Below are positions 39,094-45,617 of a DNA stretch of 45,617 bases, piece by piece. This DNA is from an uncultured Flavobacteriaceae bacterium (GTDB lineage: Bacteria > Bacteroidota > Bacteroidia > Flavobacteriales > Flavobacteriaceae): the NCBI GenBank assembly GCA_913044085.1, contig CAJWNW010000001.1:1-45617 (forward strand), in the 5' to 3' direction. A program made the translations under genes and the position numbers. The notes under the pieces were generated by a model that made no database searches, was not told the DNA's origin, and worked only from the letters and a program-made list of their open reading frames with translations. Position 1 is the first letter of the stretch. Every line of letters starts with the position of its first letter.

Positions 39094-40065
39094 ATGTCGA
39101 GTGTAAAATATTATTACGATTCTGAAACGCTTTCGTACCGCCAAATTACGACAAGCAAATCTACTAAGGCTAAATATTTTTTCGGCTTCTTACTAGCCTC
39201 TGGCCTTTTTGGCTTCCTTTTTGTCTTTGTTGGCAGCTATTACTTTGAATCTCCAAAAGAAAAAGCCCTCAATCGAGAGCTTCAAAACATGGACCTTCAA
39301 TACACTATTTTAAACCAAAAAATGAATGATATTGAATCCGTACTTCAAAATATTGAAGAGCGCGACAATGCCATTTACCGCCTCTATTTTGAAGCCAACC
39401 CAATCCCTGAGGCCCAGCGCACCCAAGGATTTGGAGGTGTAAACCGTTACAGTAAATTCGAAGGCTATAAAAACTCTGATCTCATTGCATCCACGCACAA
39501 ACGCTTGGATGTTTTACAAAAACGAATTGTTATTCAATCCAAGTCTTTAGATGAGATTACAAATTTAGCCAAAGACAAAGAAAACTTTTTGGCAAGAATT
39601 CCTGCGATTCAACCCATAAAAAATGAAGATTTAACCCGAATGGCTTCTGGATATGGTTACCGCACAGATCCTTTTACAAAAATCCGCAAATTTCACTATG
39701 GCATGGACTTTACAGCGCCACGGGGCACGCCTATATACGCCAGTGGAGATGGCATTGTAAAGCGGGTTGATTCACGGTCTTCAGGTTATGGCCGCCACAT
39801 TAGAATTGATCACGGCTATGGCTATGTGAGCTTGTATGCACACCTTTACAAATATAATGTTCGTCGCAATCAAAAAGTGAAACGTGGAGATATTATAGGA
39901 TTTGTAGGGAGTTCTGGCCGCTCTCAGGCCCCGCATTTACACTATGAAATATTTAAGGACAAGCGTAGAATTAATCCGCTAAATTTTTATTACGGAAATC
40001 TCACGAGTGAAGAATTTAACGATTTATTGATCAAAGCCTCTGTTGAAAATCAATCCCTAGATTAA
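39094..40065 (+). CDS. M23 family metallopeptidase (peptidoglycan endopeptidase-like)
   Basis: N-terminal TM helix and coiled coil; HYGMD (HxxxD), YAHL, PHLHYE (HxH). Confidence 0.93.
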   Translation: MSSVKYYYDSETLSYRQITTSKSTKAKYFFGFLLASGLFGFLFVFVGSYYFESPKEKALNRELQNMDLQYTILNQKMNDIESVLQNIEERDNAIYRLYFEANPIPEAQRTQGFGGVNRYSKFEGYKNSDLIASTHKRLDVLQKRIVIQSKSLDEITNLAKDKENFLARIPAIQPIKNEDLTRMASGYGYRTDPFTKIRKFHYGMDFTAPRGTPIYASGDGIVKRVDSRSSGYGRHIRIDHGYGYVSLYAHLYKYNVRRNQKVKRGDIIGFVGSSGRSQAPHLHYEIFKDKRRINPLNFYYGNLTSEEFNDLLIKASVENQSLD

Positions 40066-40066
40066 T

Positions 40067-40396
40067 ATGCACGTCGATCTACCCAAAAAATTATATTACA
40101 GCATTGGTGAGGTCGCCAAAGCTTTTAAAGTTAAAAATTCTCTAATTCGCTTTTGGGATGGAGAGTTTGACATTTTAAAACCAAAAAAAAATGCCAAGGG
40201 GAACCGCAGGTTCACACCTGAGGATATCAAAAATTTAAAAATAATTTTCAGGCTGGTTAAGGAAGAAGGCTATACGCTGGAAGGCGCCAAGACTTATCTC
40301 AAGTCTAAAAAAAGAAAAACCTTAACCAATTTTGAAATTATAACGAAGCTGGAATCTGTAAAACATCAGCTCATGAAAATTAAATCTGAAATTTGA
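40067..40396 (+). CDS. MerR family HTH transcriptional regulator
   Basis: YYSIGEVAK, SLIRFW, GNRRF. Confidence 0.9.
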   Translation: MHVDLPKKLYYSIGEVAKAFKVKNSLIRFWDGEFDILKPKKNAKGNRRFTPEDIKNLKIIFRLVKEEGYTLEGAKTYLKSKKRKTLTNFEIITKLESVKHQLMKIKSEI

Positions 40397-40415
40397 TTCA
40401 GAGGAAGTTTAATCC

Positions 40416-41720
40416 CTATTTCTTGCGCATAAAAAGGGTCACTGGCACCCCACAAAAATCATACATCGAACGCAACTTATTTTCCAAAAAACGCTTGTAG
40501 GGTTCTTTAACATACTGCGGCAGATTACAAAAAAAAGCAAATTGGGGTTGCGGAGTTGGCAATTGCATGATGTATTTGATTTTGACATACTTACCCTTTA
40601 GTGCTGGTGGTGGGGTGTTTTGAATGATGGGCAACAAATCTTCGTTGAGTTGACTGGTCTTGATGCGTTTCGAGCGGTTTTTATAAACCCCTACAGCGGT
40701 TTCAATCGCCTTGAAAATACGCTGTTTTGTCAAAGCAGAAATAAACACAATGGGGACATCCGTAAACGGTTCAATGTGTTTTTTGATGTAGGTTTCAAAA
40801 TCTTTAGTGGTCTTGGTTTCTTTTTCTACCAAATCCCATTTATTGACCAAAATAACGATGCCTTTATGGTTACGTTGGGCCAACCAAAAAATATTTTGCA
40901 CCTGACCATCGAATCCGCGCTGGGCATCAACCACCAACATACAAACATCTGCGTTTTCAATAGCACGAACACTGCGCATGACCGAATAAAATTCTAAATC
41001 CTCTTTAACTTTAGATTTGCGACGAATTCCTGCTGTATCTACCAGGTTAAATTCAAATCCAAAACGATTGTATTTAGTATCAATAGCATCTCTAGTCGTG
41101 CCCGCAATGTCTGTTACAATGTAGCGCTCCTCGCCTATCAAGGCATTGATAAAGGATGATTTTCCTGCATTAGGCCGCCCTACAACTGCAAAGCGGGGAA
41201 GTTCTGAATCCTCAAATTCAGATGCATCGGGAAGCGCCTCCACTAAGGCATCTAACAAATCTCCGGTTCCACTACCATTGATACTGGCAATGGTAAAATA
41301 ATCTCCCAAACCTAAACTGTAAAATTCAACCGCATCTTGTGCGCGTTTGGCGTTATCAACTTTGTTGACCACTAAAAAAACAGGTTTCTTTACCTTGCGG
41401 AGTAATTTAGCTACATCTTCATCCATGCCGGTTACTCCTGTTTCAACATCCACCATAAATACAATGGCATCTGCTTCGTCAATGGCCAATTCAACCTGTT
41501 TGTCAATTTCAGCTTCAAAAATGTCATCGCTCCCTAAAACATACCCACCTGTATCAATCACTGAAAACTCTCGCCCATTCCAATCACTTTTTCCGTAATG
41601 GCGGTCTCTTGTAACCCCACTTACAGCATCAACAATGGCTTCCCGTCTTTGAATTAAACGATTAAAAAATGTGGATTTACCGACATTCGGGCGTCCTACA
41701 ATGGCAACGATGTTTCCCAT
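40416..41720 (-). CDS. der: Ribosome biogenesis GTPase Der/EngA
   Basis: Two G domains ([16 protein letters not shown]; [16 protein letters not shown]). Confidence 0.98.
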   Translation of the reverse strand: MGNIVAIVGRPNVGKSTFFNRLIQRREAIVDAVSGVTRDRHYGKSDWNGREFSVIDTGGYVLGSDDIFEAEIDKQVELAIDEADAIVFMVDVETGVTGMDEDVAKLLRKVKKPVFLVVNKVDNAKRAQDAVEFYSLGLGDYFTIASINGSGTGDLLDALVEALPDASEFEDSELPRFAVVGRPNAGKSSFINALIGEERYIVTDIAGTTRDAIDTKYNRFGFEFNLVDTAGIRRKSKVKEDLEFYSVMRSVRAIENADVCMLVVDAQRGFDGQVQNIFWLAQRNHKGIVILVNKWDLVEKETKTTKDFETYIKKHIEPFTDVPIVFISALTKQRIFKAIETAVGVYKNRSKRIKTSQLNEDLLPIIQNTPPPALKGKYVKIKYIMQLPTPQPQFAFFCNLPQYVKEPYKRFLENKLRSMYDFCGVPVTLFMRKK

Positions 41721-41739
41721 AAATTGTTTTTAAGAGTTG

Positions 41740-41747
41740 CAAAAGTA
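41740..41747 (-). promoter_or_regulatory. -7 promoter element of der
   Basis: TACTTTTG 19 nt upstream of the ATG. Confidence 0.55.
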
Positions 41748-41796
41748 GGAAATATCCGGCAGGGAGTTAGGAATTTGCAGTTTTAAATAGAGTGCG

Positions 41797-42675
41797 CTAC
41801 TTTTGGTAGCCAAAACGCCTGAGTTGTTGCTGATTAGAACGCCAATTTTTATTTACTTTGACATAAAGTTCTAAATGGACTTGTTTGCCAAAAAATTGTT
41901 CTAAATCTTTTCGAGATTCAACTCCAACACGTTTCAAAGCACTGCCTTTATGTCCTATGAGAATGCCTTTTTGTGTTTCACGTTCGACCATAACAACAGA
42001 GCGCATTCGTATGATTTTCTCTTCTTCAAAAAATTCTTCTGTATCTACCTCAACGGCGTATGGAATTTCCTTTTTATAATGCATTAGTATTTTTTCCCTA
42101 ATTTTTTCATTCACAAAAAAGCGTTCAGGCTTGTCCGTTAATTGGTCTTTTGGGAAATAGGCCGGGGACTCTGGCAATAATTCTAAAAGACGGCTGAATA
42201 CATTTTTAACGTTGAAGCCTGTCAATGCTGAAATTGGATAAAATTCGGCATTCGGAACCTTAGATTGCCAAAGCGCGGCTTGGATTTCTAGCGTATCTTG
42301 ATTAGACAGATCAATTTTATTGAGCAATAATAAAACAGGTGTTTTAGTGTCCGTTATTTTTTTAAAAAAAGTAGCATCTTTTAGTTCTTTCTCTCCAATT
42401 TCTACCATATATATTAAAAGATCTGCATCTTCAAAAGCTGAATTAACCGCATCCATCATAGACGATTGCAACTCATATGCAGGCTTAATAATTCCAGGGG
42501 TGTCCGATAAAACCATTTGAAAATCATCTCCATTAACAATGCCCAAAATACGATGGCGTGTGGTTTGGGCCTTCGAAGTGATAATGGATAGTTTTTCCCC
42601 AATAAATGCATTCATTAGAGTTGATTTGCCCACGTTAGGATTTCCAATAATATTGACAAAGCCGGCTTTATGCAT
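41797..42675 (-). CDS. era: GTPase Era
   Basis: GNPNVGKSTL, QTTR, DTPG, NKID, KH domain ILIGHKG. Confidence 0.98.
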   Translation of the reverse strand: MHKAGFVNIIGNPNVGKSTLMNAFIGEKLSIITSKAQTTRHRILGIVNGDDFQMVLSDTPGIIKPAYELQSSMMDAVNSAFEDADLLIYMVEIGEKELKDATFFKKITDTKTPVLLLLNKIDLSNQDTLEIQAALWQSKVPNAEFYPISALTGFNVKNVFSRLLELLPESPAYFPKDQLTDKPERFFVNEKIREKILMHYKKEIPYAVEVDTEEFFEEEKIIRMRSVVMVERETQKGILIGHKGSALKRVGVESRKDLEQFFGKQVHLELYVKVNKNWRSNQQQLRRFGYQK

Positions 42676-42691
42676 GGTTTAAAAATTGATA

Positions 42692-42699
42692 CAAAGGTA
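42692..42699 (-). promoter_or_regulatory. -7 promoter element of era
   Basis: TACCTTTG 16 nt upstream of the ATG. Confidence 0.6.
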
Positions 42700-42778
42700 C
42701 AATCTTCAAATGAGACCTGTTCAATTGTTATGTATCAATTATCATTCAATTTCCTAAAGCCTTCAATATTTAATAACG

Positions 42779-42928
42779 TTAATATTCTCGGTTTTGACGG
42801 TCATTGTTAACAACACTAGCAGCCAAACGCAAGGAATTGATAAGGTGGGAAAGTTCTCCAGAAATATATTTAAAAGAGCTCAGATTTTCTATGATATAAT
42901 CTCCATGGGTTTGATTTTTTGAGCCTTT
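42779..42928 (-). pseudogene. fbp: 5' relic of class 1 fructose-1,6-bisphosphatase
   Basis: Startless frame KGSKNQTHGDYIIENLSSFKYISGELSHLINSLRLAASVVNNDRQNREY* resembles the class 1 FBPase N-terminus as I recall it (approx. QTLGEFIIENQ..F.YSSGELSRLINSIRLAAKVVN); the rest of the gene is absent. Confidence 0.75.
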
Positions 42929-43018
42929 TAATTAAGTAGGACAATAAATATTGCTATTCTTAAACAACCACAAGGTATTTGCAGTGAGATTATGCTCTAA
43001 AAATAAAAGTGTTTTAAG

Positions 43019-43026
43019 TATCTTTG
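43019..43026 (+). promoter_or_regulatory. -7 promoter element for GNAT-lysC-acyltransferase
   Basis: TATCTTTG 17 nt upstream of ATG 43044. Confidence 0.6.
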
Positions 43027-43043
43027 AGAGCAAATAAAAAAGC

Positions 43044-43538
43044 ATGGGTTTCCTTATAAGAGAAGCGAAAGAAACTGATATTAAACAGATACTAAATCTG
43101 ATTGTTGAACTGGCTATTTACGAAAAGGCACCAGATGCAGTGGAAGTGACTGTGGAGGATTTAAAAGATTCTGGATTTGGTAAACACCCGGATTTTTTAT
43201 GTTTTGTTGCTGATATAGGTTCTGAAATTGTAGGTATTGCGCTTACCTATACCCGGTTTTCTACATGGAAAGGACGTGTTTTACATCTAGAAGACTTGAT
43301 TGTTTCAAAAAAAATGCGTGGGAAAGGAATTGGTTCGGCCTTGCTAGATAAAGTGGTACTGCACGCTGCAAATTTAGCAGTAAAGCGGGTGTGTTGGGAG
43401 GTCCTTGATTGGAATGCCAATGCCATTGATTTTTACAAAGCCAAAGGCGCGGATGTAAAACGCGATTGGGATGTGGTACACCTGGATGAACGCGGTATAA
43501 TGAATTATTTATCTAAATTGGATTCATGCAGATCTTAA
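43044..43538 (+). CDS. GNAT N-acetyltransferase (SSAT/diamine acetyltransferase-like)
   Basis: ELAIYEK, FSTWKG, LEDLIV, RGKGIG, VLDWNANAIDFY. Confidence 0.9.
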   Translation: MGFLIREAKETDIKQILNLIVELAIYEKAPDAVEVTVEDLKDSGFGKHPDFLCFVADIGSEIVGIALTYTRFSTWKGRVLHLEDLIVSKKMRGKGIGSALLDKVVLHAANLAVKRVCWEVLDWNANAIDFYKAKGADVKRDWDVVHLDERGIMNYLSKLDSCRS

Positions 43539-44788
43539 AGTTTGGAGGGGCTTCTGTTAAAGATGCTCAAGGCATAAAAAATCTTAAAAAGGTTCTTAAA
43601 ATTACAGGAACAACGGAAACAATTGTTGTTGTTTCTGCCATGGGAAAATCCACCAATGCCTTAGAAAAAGTCATTGACCATTATTACCACTCCAAACACA
43701 AATTGCAAAGCAGCATTCAAGAAGTTCAAAAATATCACAATGCTATTTTATTGGAATTATTTGAAAATGAAACCCATATAGTTTTTAAAACGGTTTCAAA
43801 ATTATTTCAGGAACTTACTGGGTTTTTTGAGCGCAATAAATCACCTGACTATAATTTTGTTTACGATCAAACCATTGGATATGGAGAGCTGGTTTCCACA
43901 ACCATTATAAGTTACTATCTAAACCACAAAGGGGTTAAAAACAACTGGCTGGACGCTCGTGAAGTTATCAAAACTAATGGGAATTATCGGAACGCAAAAA
44001 TAGACTGGAACAGTACACAAGCAAAAATTAAAAAGGTTGTAAATTCTAAAAATTGTATTGTTACACAAGGTTTTATCGCTAGTGATGCTAATAATTTCAC
44101 AACCACACTTGGACGAGAAGGCAGTGATTACAGCGCTGCTATTTTTGCCTATTGTACAAATGCTAAAAACGTTTGTTTATGGAAAGATGTTCCTGGAATT
44201 TTAAATGCGGATCCTCGTTACTTTGACAATGCAACCCTGTTGAAAAGTTTGTCCTATGAGGAGGCCATCGAACTTTCCTATTACGGGGCCTCGGTAATTC
44301 ATCCTAAAACATTACAACCACTACAACGCAAGGAAATTCCCTTGTCAGTAAAGTCTTTTTTGAAGCCAGAACAAGCAGGAACACAAGTTGGAAAAGGATT
44401 ACAGCTAACCCCAAATATTCCTTGTTATATTTTAAGAGAAAACCAAATCCTAATATCGATTTCATCGTTAGATTTTTCTTATATCGTTGAAGAAAATATT
44501 AGTCATATTTTCAAAATCTTGCACAGCTGTAGGATGAAAGTGCATTTGATTCAAAATTCAGCAATTAGTTTTACCGTCTGTGTAGAAAATAACTTTGATA
44601 ATCTAGAGATACTATTATTTCAACTAAAAGCCAAATATAAAGTTTCTGTTGAAAAGGCAGTAAATATTTTCACCTTGCGACAACACACCGCAGAAGCGAT
44701 CGGAGAAATAGAAAAAAATAAAACGGTTTTAATAAAACAAATTACGGCAAAAGCCGTTCAAATAGTAACCAAGCCCCCAAATACATGA
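43526..44788 (+). CDS. lysC: Aspartate kinase (monofunctional)
   Basis: KFGGASV, VVSAMG, TTLGREGSDYSA, KDVPG..ADP, VIHPKT, ACT-like C-terminus. Confidence 0.93.
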   Translation: MQILKFGGASVKDAQGIKNLKKVLKITGTTETIVVVSAMGKSTNALEKVIDHYYHSKHKLQSSIQEVQKYHNAILLELFENETHIVFKTVSKLFQELTGFFERNKSPDYNFVYDQTIGYGELVSTTIISYYLNHKGVKNNWLDAREVIKTNGNYRNAKIDWNSTQAKIKKVVNSKNCIVTQGFIASDANNFTTTLGREGSDYSAAIFAYCTNAKNVCLWKDVPGILNADPRYFDNATLLKSLSYEEAIELSYYGASVIHPKTLQPLQRKEIPLSVKSFLKPEQAGTQVGKGLQLTPNIPCYILRENQILISISSLDFSYIVEENISHIFKILHSCRMKVHLIQNSAISFTVCVENNFDNLEILLFQLKAKYKVSVEKAVNIFTLRQHTAEAIGEIEKNKTVLIKQITAKAVQIVTKPPNT

Positions 44789-45617
44789 GTCTCGTAACAT
44801 CTAAAGAAGTTGCAAAAGCCATTAGACTTGAAAATTATGGATTTATTGGAACATTTTGTGGATGGTTATTGATAAAAATTCTTCATATTTCAACAATAAA
44901 TAAAATTTACAACCGACATAATCAACTTACAGAACTTGACTTTCTAAATGGGATTTTGAAAGATTTTAAAATCAAATTTGAAATCCCAAAAGAAGACTTA
45001 GAGCGCTTACCAAAAAAGGATGGATTCATCACTATTTCCAACCACCCACTGGGTGGAATAGACGGAATTTTATTATTGAAAATTGTATTGGAACAACGTT
45101 CAGATTATAAAATCATCGGTAATTTCATACTTCACAAAGTAAAACCACTTGAGCCCTATATTTTTGCGGTCAATCCATTTGAAAACCACAAGTACGCCAA
45201 ATCTAGCATAGGTGGTTTTAGAAGTGCCCTTGTGCACCTGAAAAATGGCAACCCATTGGGGATGTTTCCAGCAGGTGAAGTCTCTACAGAGAGAGACGGA
45301 AAACTTTTAGTAGACAAGCCCTGGGAGGTAACGGCCATGAAATTGGCTAAAAAAGCAGAAGTACCCATTGTTCCCATCTACTTTTATGCAGAAAACAGTC
45401 CGTTTTTTTACCATTTAGCTAAATTGAGTAGCAAACTAAGAACTGCCAAGCTTCCTTCCGAACTATTGACTCAAAAGCAACGCATCATAAAGATTCGGAT
45501 TGGGCGACCTATTTCTGTAAAAGACCAGAAACAATTTAAAAATTTATCCTCTTACACGGCTTTTCTACGTCAAAAAACCTACATGCTTTCCAATACTTTT
45601 GAACCTCTGAAGCGGGT
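44785..45617 (+). CDS. PlsC-type acyltransferase domain protein, probably OlsF-like acyltransferase/GNAT fusion (3' truncated)
   Basis: Manual translation from ATG 44785 (ATGA overlap with lysC): MSLVTSKEVAKAI...SNHPLGGIDG (HX4D)...MFPAGEVS...PIVPIYF; open to the window end; absent from the ORF track. Confidence 0.82.
   Translation, partial: MSLVTSKEVAKAIRLENYGFIGTFCGWLLIKILHISTINKIYNRHNQLTELDFLNGILKDFKIKFEIPKEDLERLPKKDGFITISNHPLGGIDGILLLKIVLEQRSDYKIIGNFILHKVKPLEPYIFAVNPFENHKYAKSSIGGFRSALVHLKNGNPLGMFPAGEVSTERDGKLLVDKPWEVTAMKLAKKAEVPIVPIYFYAENSPFFYHLAKLSSKLRTAKLPSELLTQKQRIIKIRIGRPISVKDQKQFKNLSSYTAFLRQKTYMLSNTFEPLKR

Noticed and set aside
42676-43043. Lysine riboswitch or sRNA upstream of GNAT-lysC
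   Set aside because: The promoter element is 17 nt from the GNAT start and the spacer is explained by the fbp relic.
1-45617. CRISPR arrays, tRNA/rRNA, IS elements, prophage or defence genes
   Set aside because: None seen by eye; nearly all sequence is covered by assignable genes and the spacers are short. A tRNAscan/cmscan run would confirm.

Overview
Chromosomal window from a compact, AT-rich Bacteroidota genome, most likely a Flavobacteriaceae member. Support: TAnnTTTG promoters, a SusC/SusD pair, a T9SS cargo protein and a str operon without tuf. It opens with the str/S10 ribosomal block on the minus strand (rpsL-rpsG-fusA-rpsJ-rplC, rplC truncated). Divergent from it lies the most accessory-looking region (3.9-14 kb): an orphan Omp85 POTRA/beta-barrel gene, SusC, SusD, two paralogous acidic surface lipoproteins and a T9SS-secreted S8 subtilase, with no CAZyme or regulator. 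The rest is tightly packed housekeeping genes: rlmB, rhomboid, rarA, yjjG, mpl, obgE, adk, purKE, dcp, gcvP, fabH, ilvE, alaS, M23, merR, der, era, GNAT, lysC and a truncated OlsF-like acyltransferase. The ORF track misses or only partly shows a heavily decayed radC pseudogene, a ~150 bp relic of class 1 fbp in the era-GNAT spacer, a structured attenuator-like RNA between rpsJ and rplC, a 43-aa tail on GcvP, a palindrome at the adk/purK promoter and several apparently leaderless starts. No rRNA, tRNA, CRISPR, IS or prophage was seen. All calls come from reading motifs by eye and recalled family knowledge; no searches were run.
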